64,000 nt of DNA from Camelus dromedarius (taxonomy: Eukaryota). The notes beneath the pieces are model-generated. The model did no database searches. It was not told the DNA's origin and worked only from the letters and a program-made list of their open reading frames with translations. The DNA lies in assembly GCF_036321535.1 (NCBI RefSeq), contig NC_087437.1:12402001-12466000 (forward strand), read 5' to 3'. A program made the translations under genes and the position numbers. The first letter of the stretch is position 1. Every line of letters begins with the position of its first letter. Positions 36,488 to 50,480 of the stretch are shown piece by piece.

Positions 36488-37279
36488 CAGTAGATCACCT
36501 TGACGACTCTTTGGGTTGTATCCTCTCGCAACCTTCGATAGATGGAACACAAGTGTAGTTAAGAGTAATGTCTTCAAGAATTGATGTTCCCACTACATTC
36601 TGGTTTATAGCACCCGTTCATGTCCTAAATCTCTGCCCACCCACTCCTCCTCATCTACCGCCCTTCCCCCGCAACGGGGGCGGAAAGGGCCAGGGAACAG
36701 GGGAAAGACGGTGCATCCTCTCCGAGAATGCAGTTGACAGTTTGCACTACCTGGTAAATTCATGGCCTCAGCGTGTTTCCCCAGGGAGAATTAATTGCTT
36801 TACTTTTCCTTTGCATAAAGCCAGGCAGATTTGTCCCCTGTTTGGACAAGACCTTGTTGCCAGCACTTTCCGAGGATGGCCAGAAACTGGCGGCTGTGTG
36901 CGGTTGATAGTGTTGTCAGGAATTCCAGGGTGGGGTATTGTCCCTTGAGTTGGGAAATGCTAACTGAGGTCAATTCTAGTTCAGCTTCCTACCTACAGAA
37001 TTATGGCAGGACGTACGTTTGGCCCTCGTGACATGAATAGGTCAGCAGAAACGTATTCTTGTCTTCCTAATAGCAGACATCTCTATTTTTAAGTCTTAAG
37101 CCAGAACATATTTTTCCCCTCTTTGAGATCCAGCAATTCGTGTCCTCAAATGAGGTATTTGAAAATCAAAAGCACAGACAAAAGCAAGAAAAATCAAACC
37201 TCCTCCCAAATTTTCCGAGCCAAAATTGTGCATAAAAAGTTATCATACGTGAGTCTCTGAAATGGAAATTCAGTGTTTT

Positions 37280-37660
37280 GTTAATTCTTGCTGAATAACA
37301 AAACTACCCCAAATCTCATGGCTTAAACATCAACCATGTTATTTCCTTGCTCGTGACTCTGCCGTGCGTGCGGCTCTGGGTGGAGCAGTTTGCCTCCATG
37401 CAGGTTCAGCTGGTTCTTCTTCTTCAAGTTCTGTTGGAGCCTCTGTCTTCCTCTCCGTGGTCTCCCCACAGGGCTGGACTGGGCTTCTCACAGCAGGTTG
37501 GGCTCAGGATATAGGGCCCACTGTGCAAAAGCAGAAATTACCAGGCCTTCTCAAGGATAAGGTGAGAGGATTCCAGGGTCAGCCCAGTCTCAGGAGGACA
37601 GTCTGCACAGGGCGTGAACACCAGGACATACGGGGCACTGGGGCCACCACAGTCACAGGG
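37280..37660 (-). mobile_element. Old MLT1 (J/K-like) solo LTR
   Basis: tgctgaataacaaaactaccccaaatctcatggcttaaaca...ctgggcttctcacagca...ccaggccttctcaagg. Confidence 0.7.
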
Positions 37661-40099
37661 ACTGGGTTTTCTGCTCCCTCCCGCTCGAGAGCACCTCGCA
37701 TCCATACATAGGACAATCGGGGGTTGGGGGGGTAGGTACAGCATCCACTCAGGATGTCCAGCAGAGCCTCCCAAACAGGCCTAAATGGCTTTGACTTTAA
37801 GTGACAGAATTTTCAGAGTGCAAGGACGTGTATCTGCTGCTCAGGCTTCTCTGTTGAACTTCCTGCCAAAACAGCCCGTCTATTACTCTCCCTTCCCTTG
37901 TCCTACTGTCTTTTTTCCCGTCACAGCACTCAGCACTGCCTCGCCCTTTGTAGCTTAAGTAGCTATTTACGTGGTTATCGTCTGTCCCCCGCCGCAGTGT
38001 AAACGGTCATTGAGTGTAAAATGCCCGGGGAAGGCACCCAGTCTCCCATGCTCTCCACTGAATCCCCTGCACCAACCACAGCGCCTGGCATCCGGGAGGC
38101 TCGGCAAGAATAGCTACCGAGGGAATGAAAACAGAAATGTCCTGTTTGAAAAGATGCCTCTGAGGCAGACAGGGCAACTCCAAAGTATGTTGTCCTGATG
38201 CAGAACTGGGCCGGGTTTGGGTCTCCTCTGCAGGGCCGGCACCATCATCCCCTTGTTCCAGCTGGCGTGTCCCCTCTGCCATTCCCATGGTGTCACTGTC
38301 CGAGGTGTCAGTGGACATCAATCACTGGCTTAGAGGCTTTTCCGTGGAGCCTCCGGCTCCTTTATTTGGCCAATTAGGCTTTGTGCTCCTGTTTCCAAAT
38401 ACAGAGGTGGGAGAAACATGAACCTGGCTTTATCTAATGCCTTAGTTTTAAGGAACAGCTTCTGGTGCAATGCTATATTATTTCCAATTAAACCTTGGCT
38501 ATCCTCACCCCTGCTGAAACTGGTTAGTGAGCCTTAGCTATTCATTCCTAAAAAGAGGCTTAACAAGATAGCTTTTCACGGTGTTCTGCCTTTCACTGGG
38601 AAGTAGGGAGGAGCTTGCTGTCTTTCATCCTTTCTTTCTCGCCTTTTTTGCTTTCTACCAATCTATGTTTTTGTCTCCACTTTTATTTTTTCCTAGGGCA
38701 TCCCCTTGAAAACTTGGTGTTGTCGGTTAGAATCCTCGTTTCTGCCCATCCTCCTGTCCATTTGCTCTTCTGATGGTTTATCGATCACAAAGAAACAAAT
38801 CAGGTTTCCTTAATGAATTGTATGTGCTTGCATCTGATTTGGTTCCAGGTCACCTGGACCTGTCTTTGGCGGGGCTGCTCCTCTAGACGCCCAGGCTGGT
38901 CCTTAGCCCTTAAGGAGCCTTCGTCTGAATCCGTGCATCCTGGCTTTGTGCACCTGCACAGACTGGTCCTCAGCGCTGTGCTTGTCAGCCGTTTTCCCAG
39001 CCCAAAGGCATTTGTGTGCTTTCAAACAAGGTTAAGAAATTGCTTTGAGAAAGCACTGTAAATGTTTCTCTTGGACCACGTCCTGGTTGTTTTCCTCCGC
39101 ATCTTTTTGTTTTCCCTCGTTCCGCACCACCCCCACCCCCATCCCCGTCTCTGCTTGTATTACTACAGGAAGATGACTCTCTCCACGGGAGCCTCAGCCC
39201 AGTCTGGCTGCAAGAGGAGGGCATCTGTTTGTCCACAGCACTAATGTGAGTGTTGTTTCTGACTGTGATGACCTCAGCCAAGGTCTTCAGACCTGCTATA
39301 TCTGCAGTCAGAGTTTTCCGAAGCATTTCAGACCCTAGACCTAGAGTTCCTAGAACACAATGTGTGTCTTGAAACCAAATAAAAGACCATTAATGTCCTG
39401 TGGAGTTTGCACCCTGTACGCAAACACCACGCCACACCACTTACCCAGACTCAGCCCTGAGTTTGTAAATCTGCAATTCAGCAGTGAAGTGGTGCAGTCG
39501 AGCTCCTAAAAGCAAATCAAGGCAAGACTATGGGTGTGGCGGGACCGCAACTTAAAAGAATGTGAACCCTGTTCCCTTGGGAATCACACCCCAGCTTCCT
39601 TTCTTGGTCTCTCTCCATCTGAATCCCCATCTTTCATGATGTGAACCCATCCCTGGCTCTCCAAAACTAGAAGAAAACAATCTCAGACTCACTTGAGTTT
39701 GGTGACAGCCTTGAAGCCTTGATAACGGAACTCTCCCAGAAGCTGGATTAAAACCACTTTTCATCTCAGCTCACCTTTGACAAGCAAGTACATCTGTGAC
39801 ATTGCTCAAGCCTGATTTCTGCCGATTTAACCTATCCCAGTTTTTAAGGAACTTAATGTTTTCCTTTATTGTCTTTTTCTTTCTCTCCCATCTGGTTCCA
39901 GTTCGGTAACTATTTAGCTTATTGCTCATTTCTCTCAAAACTGGCCCATTTCATGTCAGCAGGACAAGATTATCAGGCAGCTCTGAACAGGACCCAGTCC
40001 AGCTTTACAAACTCTCCCCTGGCATGATTTACTGCCTGCATTTCAGGAGTCCCCAAAGATCACTCATTATTTCCCATCTCCCTGTTGGACTGTGCGTAG

Positions 40100-40290
40100 A
40101 GTGGGAAGAACACTGGACTGAGAGCTGAAAAGTCTTGAATTCTAGACACAGATCTGCGGGTGTGAACTGCACTCCCTTTGGGCATTCACCTACCTTCCTG
40201 AAGACTGAGTTCTGCTCATCTGAGTGATGGAGATTATCATGACTTCCCTGCCTATTATGAATTTGTTGAGTAACCAAGTGAGACGCGAAA
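40100..40290 (+). mobile_element. MIR SINE
   Basis: gaagaacactggactgagag...ctttgggcattcacctaccttcctgaagactgagttctgctcatctg. Confidence 0.65.
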
Positions 40291-42259
40291 GCTTCCATCT
40301 ACTCAGCAAAGTGCTCACTGTGCACTCACCATGTGCCAAGTGCCACTAGGCACTTAGAATACAGATTTTTAAGGAGAAGTCCTTGCCGCCCTTGGGAGGT
40401 GGTTCATTGTCACCATCATTGCACAGCTGCCTCTCCTGGAGTGTTCAGACCCATGACAGCATGGCCCCCCCCCAGTTGGCTCTTGGTCTCATCCCTCTCT
40501 TTCACTGATCTGTGACGATGATGCCATTGACATTGAAAGCCAGGAAACCTGGCTCTGAGCTCCCACACTTCTTTATTGTCACTCCTGGACAGGATTGGAC
40601 AGGATCTGTTGAATCAGTGGAATATTACCAGACCATAGAATCTACCACACAGTAGAGTCTCAACGGAAACATGCTCAAGTTAATTTACAAATAAATCATG
40701 AATGAGTGACTGGATGATGAAATGCTATCCTGGACAATTTAAATTTGCTTCCTGTGCTTGGCCGGATCAGAGGGGATTCCTGTGAAGTTCTTTTTTTTTT
40801 TTTTTTTATCTGATTCCAGTTAGTTTTCACTGGAAACTGGTTTCCTCTTAACTCATTCAACTTAACTGTAAGATTGATATCCTTTGGAGAAAAAGTACTG
40901 CTGAGATTTATTTATTTATTTATTTTTTGGTATTACCCCAAGTAGATTCAGTAGTATTTGTGGGGAAAAAAAAAAAGTAATTGAAACCAGCATTCAGATT
41001 ATTCCTCACCTCTCTGATAGCTCTTAACCTCAGCTGGCTGTTTTCGGACATTGCATCCCAGGTGGCTCTGGGGCGAGCAGACAGTCGCTAGAGTTAAGCA
41101 TGTTGGCTTGACCCAGTTCAACAGTAAGACCAGCCCTCAGGCAGTTCTGTTCCATCATCTTAAGCTGTCTGTGGAATCCCATTAAGACTTGGATACATAA
41201 CAGGATTGCTGAGGACAGGGGGTTAAGAGGCTTGGGAACCCATGAAATAAAATGCAGTATATCATGACTACACGCCCATACGTTTTTCTGGGGGATACGT
41301 CCATACTCCCCAGCTTCCCTCGGATGCTCAGATATTCTCAGTGGGAGCCATGTTCCTTCCCACTTCCACCACCAAAAAACAAAAAAACAAAACAAAACTG
41401 GTGAAGAACAGTTGATTGGAAGATTCTAGCCCATTTCAAGTATGTGATTTCTTATGACTAACATATTTAACTTTTCCCAGAACAGCTCTGTAGTGGGAAT
41501 AAAAATGCAACCCTCCAAACTGCCTGGCAGTAGACTTCAAATTAGACAAGTCTATCCTGTGACTCATGGAACTTTCTCATGCTTTTGCAGTCAATAATCA
41601 GGAAAATCCCGTGTAACTTTTTCATGCTTCTGAAGACAGTAATCAGGAAAATCCTTGAGGAGACTGGTTTTAAAGGATGCTAAGTCAGGTTATGATCATG
41701 TGGACCCCCATAGTATGTTTCTCCTCTGCAATTTCCTCTTGGGGGTGGTCCATTCTTCTCATTTCTAAAATTTTGTATCAACATCCCTTGGACCCAGAAG
41801 TGTAAGCTACTAATTTATTTTATTTTATGTCATTCTGTACGAAGGAGAAAAGGAACCATCGTAAGCCATGCATAACCTTCCCATGGTACAGGCAGACCAG
41901 ATTATCAATCCTCATCATGTGGTGTAGACCTGGAAGGTGAACTCGCTGGTCTTACTTCAATACCTGCCTTTCAGCCACTCAGTGTAAACTAAACCACGCA
42001 TCTCAGTTGCCTATTCCAAGTTAAATGGCCAAGGTGTTTTGTTTTGCCATTGCTGGGTTTGATTTACTGGTGACAGAGTTGTACACACTTAGGGAACGTG
42101 GAGGTGCTAATACTGAAAAAACAACCTGTGCTTTGCTGCTCCTCAGCTGTTGCAGGATGAAGGATGCTCCCTAGAGATTCATGAAGTGGAAAAAGTCGGA
42201 GTTTGGGATCACACAAATTCATCTGCAGTGTCGTCTTGCCACTTCCTTCCAGCACAGCA

Positions 42260-42490
42260 CAGTGACCGTGAGCACACTCTGGATTCAGAATGTCTGGGTT
42301 TGACTCCCAGCTCTGCCACTTATGAGTTACCAACTTTGGGCAAATCACAGGACTCTGTGTCTGCTGTTTTCACCTAGAGAACAGAGATACTACCACGGCT
42401 TACCTTGCAGGGCTTACAGGAAAACTAAATATTTGTAAAGCTCTTGGAAGACTGCCTGACATGTACAAATGGCTACATACATGTTTTTAA
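42260..42490 (+). mobile_element. MIR SINE
   Basis: cacagtgaccgtgagcacactctgga...ctgggtttgactcccagctctgccactta...ctttgggcaaatcac. Confidence 0.85.
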
Positions 42491-43707
42491 AGTCAACCTG
42501 ATTACGGAGGGTAATACTGGCATTTGTATGGAACCATCCAACCTGGATCAAGCCGAGAAGCCAATTACCACCACTGGGGTAGTTGGTGGTGGTGGTCTTT
42601 TACTGTTTTGCTTTTTGGTTTTGGGTTTTTAAAATCTTTTCCATCCATCTCTTCGGAGGGCAAGGTTTTCCTTGGCTGGCCTCCCCTTGTTCCAAGGGCT
42701 TTCAGATCAGAGATAATGTAATGGAAGCCCTGTGTTTTAACCCCTTTGTCACACAATGAGTCAGTTCAATCAAAGCCACTTAGCCTCTTCTTGACAGGAG
42801 TTTCTTTGGCTGGAGGGATTTTTGTTTGTTTTTTGTCCCTTCTCTCCACCTGTGGTCAGCTTCCATTCCCAAACACTGAGCCTGATCTGACCTTTTTATT
42901 GTAATTATCATTATTCCACAGGCAGTGTCCCCAAATCAGTTTTGAGAAGAGCCATTAAGTTGCCATCATGTTCATGATTAAAAATAACTCCGTGTTAGGA
43001 GACTTGAACAAAAAAGAAAGCAGGACATTGTGAACACAGTACTTTTCAACCTCATAATTAGCTAAAATAGTTCTAATGTAAGAGTCACAATTTCAATTTA
43101 GTCATGCAAATTGTATCTTAGTCTCATGAAATACACGAGGACACAGAATAATTTTGTTTACCTTGTGATTAGGTCTCTTATTTTTATGGAGCACGTCTTT
43201 AATAGACGTAGTTATTATTAATTAGGAAAAATGGTAAACAGGAACTCAGGAAACACTTTTTAATCAATTCTCACGTAGAAAATGGTCAATATCATTCGTT
43301 GAAATTTCCTTTTATTTTAAAAAATAGTCTCTATGTGCAAGTTAATAGAAAAGAGTTGTGGTAAAGATCACTGACTACAAGATGTATTTCTCACTAATAT
43401 TTATTCTGATCACATATAGTTTTATGCAGAGTAAATGATGTATCTCCAGAAGTCTTAGTGACTTAACAACGCCATTCTGAGTTGTTCAAAAAGAAGTATT
43501 TAAAGAATTTTAGAATCATCTAACCCAGTTTCTTTATCTTTTGGATGAGAAACTTGAGACCCACAGAGCTGACTAATTGCACTCAGCATGACAGCACAGT
43601 ACAAAAGCTAATTTTCAGGGAAACTATAAGAGGAGAATTTTTTAAAGTTTACATTTTGTCTTCTGACATTTTTTTCTGTTGCATTTACAATAAATATTCA
43701 CAGGTGT

Positions 43708-44640
43708 TTTTTTTCATTTTTATTGAGGTACAGTTGACATACAACATTATATTGGTTTCAGGTGTATAACATAAGGATCCTATATTGGTATACTTTGTGA
43801 AATGATCACCACAATAAGTCTAATTACCATCTGTCACCAGGTAAATTAACCTTTGGGATTTACTCTCTCAGCAGCTTTCAAGTACACACTGCAATACTGT
43901 TGACTAAAGTCACCACGTTTCATCCCCATGATGCTTTTATTTTGTAAACATAAGTTTGTACCTCTTGTCCCCTTTACCCATTCCGTGCAGTTCCCAACCC
44001 TCTTCCCCTCTGGCAAGCACCGTTCTGTTCTTTCTGTCTCTGACTTTTGTTTTGTTTAGTTTGTTCATTTTTTTAGATACGTTTCTTAGATTCCACCTGT
44101 AAGTGAACTTATACGATACTTGTCTTTTTCCAGCTTATTTCACTTAGCATAATTCCCTCAAGGTCTGTCCATGTTGCAAATGGAAAAATATTTCATTCTT
44201 TCTTATAGCTGAGTGGTGTTCCACTGTATCTGTGTACCTCATCTTCTTCATCCATTCCTCCATCGGTGGGCACTTAGGCTGCTTCTGTATCTTGGTTATT
44301 GTAAATGATGCTGCCATAAATATAGGGCTATATCTTTTCAAACTGGTGGTTTTGCTTTCTTTGGGTAAATACCCAAGAGTGGAATTGCTGAGTCATATGG
44401 TAGTTCTAGTTTTATTTGGAGGAACCGCCATACTGTTTTCCCTAGTGGCTGCACCAATTTACAATTCCCACCAACAGTGTATAAAGGTTCCCTTTTCCCC
44501 CACATCCTCACCAACACTTGTTATTTGTGATCTTTTTAATGATAGCCTTTCTGACAGATGTGAGGTGATATCTCATTGTGGTTTTGATTTGCGTGTCCCT
44601 GATGATTAGTGATGCTGAGCATCTTTTCATGTGCCTGTTT
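43708..44640 (-). mobile_element. 5'-truncated L1 (L1MA9/artiodactyl-like; ORF2 end + 3'UTR)
   Basis: T tail, ttattgaggtacagttgacatacaaca; ORF 44144-44341 PIFMAASFTITKIQKQPKCP..EEWMKKM resembles L1 ORF2. Confidence 0.93.
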
Positions 44641-45039
44641 TAAAAGTAATCTATTATAAAGAGAAAATTGGTTTGACAATGATTTACAGTAAAGAGAAAA
44701 TGAAAATGGAGCCTCGATTTGATGACACATGTTGATGAGTAAGAAGGAAAAAATCAAAATTACCACGTTCAATCCGTCTACGGGTCTTGGCAACTGACAT
44801 ATGAAAGCCCAATGAAGAGGAACATAAACCAGTGTTTTTTGAAGGCAAAACAGGAGATATAAAGTTGGATAGGATACAACTGGACAACTTGATTGTCTAG
44901 TAAACAGAATGAGGAAAGTGTGTAGAAAACTATAATAGAATGAAAAATGTAAAAATATTCACTAGGGAAGTACAGCAGAATGTTCTGGGGGACCAGAGAA
45001 GGGATGACGGCTGTTGGTGCTGGTGCTGGCTCTCCTCAA

Positions 45040-46060
45040 CATCTGTAATTGGTGGCTCTCAAATGTTTATCCCCAGCTGAACCTCTCCCTGGAACTCCTG
45101 ACTCATTCAGCTGCGAAATGAACAGCTCCACTTGGAGATCCAAATCAGCATACCCAAGGCTGAATTCCCAGCTTGCCCCCAACACCTACACCCCTGCAGG
45201 CTTCACCTTGGTTGATGGGACCACCTTTTCAGTTGTTCAGGTCATAGATCTTGGCATCATCTTTGTCTGCTTTCTTTCTCTCTCTCACCAAATCTGATCT
45301 GTGAGGAAATCCTATCAACTCTGCCTTAGAAACATCCAGAATCAGATGCCTTCTCTGCTCCTATTGCTGCTCCCCCACAGTTTGTCCCTGAGATGGTTAA
45401 TGTAGCCTATCAGCTGTTGTCTTGCCTCCATCCTTCCCACACCTTATGGCTTTTTTTTTCTCAGCACAACACAGATCAGACCCATCATTCATTTCTCAGG
45501 ATTCTCCAAGGCTCCTATGTCTCTCAAAGTCCCATCTGATTGGCAAAGCCTCTCAGCCTCATCTCCTACTACTGACTCCTTGCCCAACTTTCCTTCAGCC
45601 ATATTGCCCCCTTTGCTGTTCCTCTTTCATGCAAGGCAGACTCCCACCTCAGGGCCTTTGCACTGGCTTCCCCCCAGTCTGGAACACTTTTCTCTCAGAT
45701 ACCCCTAGAGCTCACTCCTTAACCATCTTCAACTCTTCACTCAAATATCATCTTCCTGATAAGACCTATATGATCATTTTATTTAAAATTGAATTTCTCC
45801 CCACCAATGCTTCTTAAGTCTCCTTGTAGTCTCTATTTCCTCCATTTAAGGTATCTTTTAGCATACTATGTAATTCATACATCCAGTTTTTGTTTATTAT
45901 ACGATTCATTTTCTATATCCTTCTGCTGGAATATTACAGTTTCAGGAAGTTCCAGGAGGGTAGGCGCTCTGTTGGTTTTGCTCACTGCTGTATCCCACGT
46001 GCCTGAAACACAGCCTGGCAGCAAGTGGGCACTCAGTAAACGTTTGTCAATAAAAGAATA
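45040..46060 (+). mobile_element. L2a LINE, ~1 kb 3' portion
   Basis: ctctcccctggaactcctgactca-like start, cccacctcagggcctttgcactggc, ctcactgctgtatcccacgtgcctgaaacacagcctggca...cactcagtaaa. Confidence 0.85.
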
Positions 46061-46104
46061 AGCGGACTCATAGGGAAATTAGGGTTATTCTGAGAAAAAG
46101 GAGA

Positions 46105-46285
46105 GAGTGAGTCATTTTTAAATGACTTGGAATCACAGCCCCCTCTGTAAGTCTGGTGAATCCTAGGTACCTCCTTCCCAGAATGATGTGCATATGCACA
46201 TTTACACAAAGTTTTGCATTCGCTTCCAGGAGGCTCACACTCATTCTGAGACTCATCCAAGAGTCCAAGATTAAGGAGCTGTGTC
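46105..46285 (-). mobile_element. hAT-Charlie MITE (Charlie4z-like)
   Basis: tctggtgaatcctagg...cccagaatgatgtgcatatgcacatttacacaaagttttgcat...ccaagattaagga. Confidence 0.6.
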
Positions 46286-46639
46286 CAAGGCAGAAAGAAT
46301 GCCATAGACAAAGTCTCAGAGGCAGGAATGTGTGGCTTGGGTTAGAGGCTCACCAGAAACCATTTGTCTTGAGTGTGTAATAAGGTAGCAGAGTAATGGG
46401 AAATCAGGACAGGCTGTATTGCACAGGGTCTGAAGCTGCAGAGTAAGGGTCATTTCTATTGATGAGGAAGATGACAGGGAGCCAGGAGGAGCCACACCTG
46501 GTGATTCTGCCTTATGTTCACCTCCAGTTCCTCATGAAACTATGCACAATGTACTTCTGTCTCCATTTGCCTTTAAACAAGTGAAAATAAGAGTATCTTC
46601 AAAAGACTTCTACAAGCTCCATCCTGTTACAGTTACTGC

Positions 46640-46731
46640 TTTTTTTTTTTTTAAAGAGGGACTGGGGATTGAACCCAGGACCTCGTGCATGCTAAGCACG
46701 TGCTCTACCACTGCACTATACCCTCCCCCCC
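46640..46731 (-). mobile_element. Camelid tRNA-Ala-derived SINE, short form
   Basis: T13 tail, then actggggattgaacccaggacctcgtgcatgctaagcacgtgctctaccactgcactataccctcccc. Confidence 0.9.
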
Positions 46732-47139
46732 ATCCCTCCTATTGTAAAAGGTCTAGATAAGTACTTCTTCATTATGACAATTAAAATGCCTCCATGTCCC
46801 TATTAAAACTACTTTAGTTTAGCAGTTTACATCACACTCCTGGGACTATGTCTCAGTTGTATCATTCTCCTAGTGTTTGATTATTATTGCTGTCATCTGA
46901 TTCAGTGAGAACTGTTTTCAATCTGATAGTGTCCATCCCATGCTTTGTTTTGATTGCTATTTGGGGGCTATCTCGAAGTTTCTCAACACTCAAAGGCCCT
47001 AAAAACACTCTGAATGTGGAAAATAAATAAAATGAGACCATCTGGGCTCCTAGTTCCTTGACCAGAACGTCCTCTCTGCCTTAAAGAGGGGAATTAGTCA
47101 TTCATGTTTTCTATTCATTCAAACTGAAAATACGTTTAT

Positions 47140-47655
47140 GTTTTAATTACAACTGCTGTGTAACAAACCAGCACACAACTTAGTGGTAGAAAGCATCCTT
47201 TATTCTGCTCCCAGACTCTGAGTTAAGAGAATGAACAGGGCACAGCAGAAATGGCTCACCTCTGCTCCACAATGACTAGCATATTGCAAGAAAATGCCGG
47301 AAGACCAAGAGTTGCTTGATGACTGGAGACTGAAACCACATGGAAGATTACACAGTTACACGTGTGACACCTTGGCCCAGGTTGTGGCCTAAAATGCCTC
47401 ACTTTCTGTGAGATTTGGGCTTTTCCCACAGCATGGGGGCCTCAGGGCACTCAAATCTGTGATGTGGCAGCTCCAGTAAAACTGAGCAAAGTGGAAGCAG
47501 CATAGCTTTGTGTGACACACCTTGGAAATCACACAGCCACACCTCTGCCACACGGCCCTGATCACATGGTGCCTCCACTCAAGGGGAGGGGACTGAGAAC
47601 CACCTCTTCCTGGGAAAGTGTCAAAGAAGGTGCGCCCATTGCTTTGAAACACTGC
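47140..47655 (-). mobile_element. MLT1 (F/H-like) solo LTR
   Basis: tgctgtgtaacaaaccagcacacaacttagtgg...cagggcacagcagaaatggctcacctctgctccac...ccttggaaatcacacagcc. Confidence 0.8.
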
Positions 47656-48318
47656 ACTCTGAGAAATGTAGGCGTCCTGTGGAAACCACAGGACAGATTA
47701 CGTACCACCGACTTTTTCCCTATAGATGTGAGACACAAGCTAGCATGACTGTGTGCTCAGGGCCTGTACAAAAAGGCAACTCAGTTCTGATCGTGTGAAA
47801 CAAATGGTCAGGTTAACAGAAACAACCTACATTTGGAGGAGCTGTAGGGTCTATGCAGAAAGCATGCAGATTCCTAGGAAGCTGATGGAATCAGACCTTT
47901 GAAAATGGAGTCGGGGTGGGCATGAGCTGGACAATGAAATAGAAATGAAATAATTCACAGGGCACAAGCAAATCACTTATGGCTCATGGTTCCTAACACC
48001 TGTTAACCACTTCAGAAGTTTACCTTGGTGAGGGGGACGCATCCTTATCCATCTATATTAAGGGTTATTATGTTGTCTACATGCGTTAGGTGTCTGTGAA
48101 TGCAAAGGAACTCTCCGTGGAACAGAAACAACAAATCCACTATTGCAAATGCCTTGGGTGAGAGCATTTCCTCAATATTATCCTTGAATGTGGACTAGTT
48201 CAGGGGACTTCCTTTACCTCATGTGAGAAGCAGATTATTCCCAGAGTGGTGAACATAGTTAGTCCCAAACTTAGCTATTTTTTGGTTTTCCACAGCAGAA
48301 CAGATAGAATGTCATTTT

Positions 48319-48414
48319 CTTTATTTCATTTTTTTTTTATTTTTAATGGAGGAACTGGGAATTGAAACCAGGACCTAGTGCATGCACTCTACCACTGAGC
48401 TGTACCCACCTCCC
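48319..48414 (-). mobile_element. Camelid tRNA-Ala-derived SINE, short form with internal deletion
   Basis: Perfect 14-bp TSD tagaatgtcatttt (48305-48318, 48415-48428); reverse complement of the tRNA-like head. Confidence 0.9.
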
Positions 48415-50229
48415 TAGAATGTCATTTTTAAAACGTGGAGGGAGAGAGAGGAAGGAAAAGCTGACCCTTAAATACATGCAGTCTGTCTCGAACCCTCTTT
48501 ATGCCAGCCGAGAGGCTTCGTGCTCCATCACTACCTTCCCGTCCGTCTACACGTGAAACCAGTGTTCTAAAAAGGCTCCAGCATCTCCTCAAGCTGGAGT
48601 AATCAACAGGAAAAGCAAAAACCAGACGTGCTTATTAACATTTTCTTGAACATTGGATTTTCAACACTGGCAGAAAGCATTATTTCAGCAGAAAGTTCCA
48701 AGCTTTGGTAGCAGGTGAGGGATCTCCTCTGACACCCAGCCTAATGGCATCCGTCACACTCTGTCATAAGGACTTTTTCCCATGTTCTCGCTTTTACCAG
48801 GAACTCCTCCCCTTGAAATGGCAAAGGGGAGCCTAGGAATGAATGCATGTCAACTTACAGGACAGCACCTCTGCTGCTGTATCCTTGGGCGAAGCACCTC
48901 CCTCAGGGCTGAGCGCACAGTAGGCCCTCAGTCAGTGCTGGTGGAATTGCATCCACCTCCACGCCCAGCCAAACTGTGGCTCTCTTGGGTTTCATAGGAG
49001 AATTCCAGAAGAATCAGGGGAGAAGCGAAGTAGCCAGGCTGGAAAGGCGGTCCCCACCACCAATGACTGCACTGGGGCTTATGGGCCGTCAAGTTTTCAG
49101 TGCTCCTCTGTGAAACAAAAAAAATAAGAACATCTTTTTGTAAACCTAAATTTTTTATAAATCTAATTTCTTCAAGCTAAAAGACTTCCCTTTATTCTGA
49201 GAATAATCTGACCTTTTAGGGGGCATGGGGGCCATAAAAATCTTTCCTTTTATGAAACAGTGATGGCAGTAAATAATGGTTGTTTTTCTTTCTGAATATC
49301 CTTCCTTGGCAAAAATGAAAAGTTGGCAAGCTCTAGCAGACCCCAAATTTGTTTATTGGTTTGTTCTTTTAATCATTCTATGAAATGTGAAGATCTGGGG
49401 ACTTCTAGACTAGCTATTGAGAATTTTCCTCTTGCATTTTAGAGAGACTAAAGAATTCTTTAAACAGTACATTTGGCAACAATGTTGGTAATAAATAAGC
49501 TGTCCTACCTTATTTGAGGAAAAAAATTGAGTATCATTCATATGTGACATAATTAGAATGTATATTAACATGCACAGCACTTATATACAAGCAGACAAGT
49601 TCAAAGACGTTCATTGTAATACTTTATTTAGATATACACACACATTCTCTCTTTCACAGTGAAAGATCAAAAACATATCTACACACCCATGCAAGAGGTG
49701 GCAATATACTGACAAGGAATAGTATGTTTTCATTAAAAACTCACGTCATCACGAGCCATTACTGATTCTGTTGCCTGAGCTGCTGACAAACAGAACTGGC
49801 CTTGAGGGATGAGTTCATTATCTCTTTTTAATTGGAAGCAGATTTCCAGGTGTGTTCCCTACGTTTTAAATCTGCCTAATGTTATGCAGGTTGTCAGTAA
49901 AGTCCATTGCTCCCTTCCTATCCCTGTCTTAGGTAATCTGTAACAGATGACCTGGACCTTTTTGAATGATTCCCCCTGTGGAATCGAATGCCACGTGCAC
50001 TGTTGTGGGACTACAGGTAGGGAAGCCGAGCCACATCACAGTTTTGTGCTCTTAAAAAAAGCACCGAATCACGTATTTACATACTGGATGTGTGAAACCT
50101 CCAATGTAGTTGTTTACAGTTGGACAGGGGAGTAGGTCAAGAACATAGTGTCACGTTTTTGGCCACATAGCACCTAGATGGTAACCTCAGAGAGCCAAAA
50201 AACAAGATCCAGAGTTACAGGGCTGAGAA

Positions 50230-50480
50230 TATGTTTTCATTAACTCATCAATAAATAAGAACTTGTGGACACTTGTTTTGTATGAGGCACTTGTAAGCAT
50301 CAGCCATACAAGGAGGAATTAGCCACTAATTCTGCCCAGAGAGGCTTGCGTTATACTGAAACAGGGAAGTCGCCATCCATTCTACAGATATTTATTGAAT
50401 GCCCGCTGTGATCGAGGCACGAACCTAGGGAGCCGGGAGGGAAGCAGGAACAAACGGTGCTGGTCCTCGCGATGCTGACA
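50230..50480 (-). mobile_element. L2 3'-end fragments
   Basis: ccatccattctacagatatttattgaatgcccgctgtg...aggcac. Confidence 0.6.

Noticed and set aside
38007..38321. 104-aa ORF with acidic N-terminus
   Set aside because: Non-ATG first codon, runs into L2-like sequence, no homology recognised.
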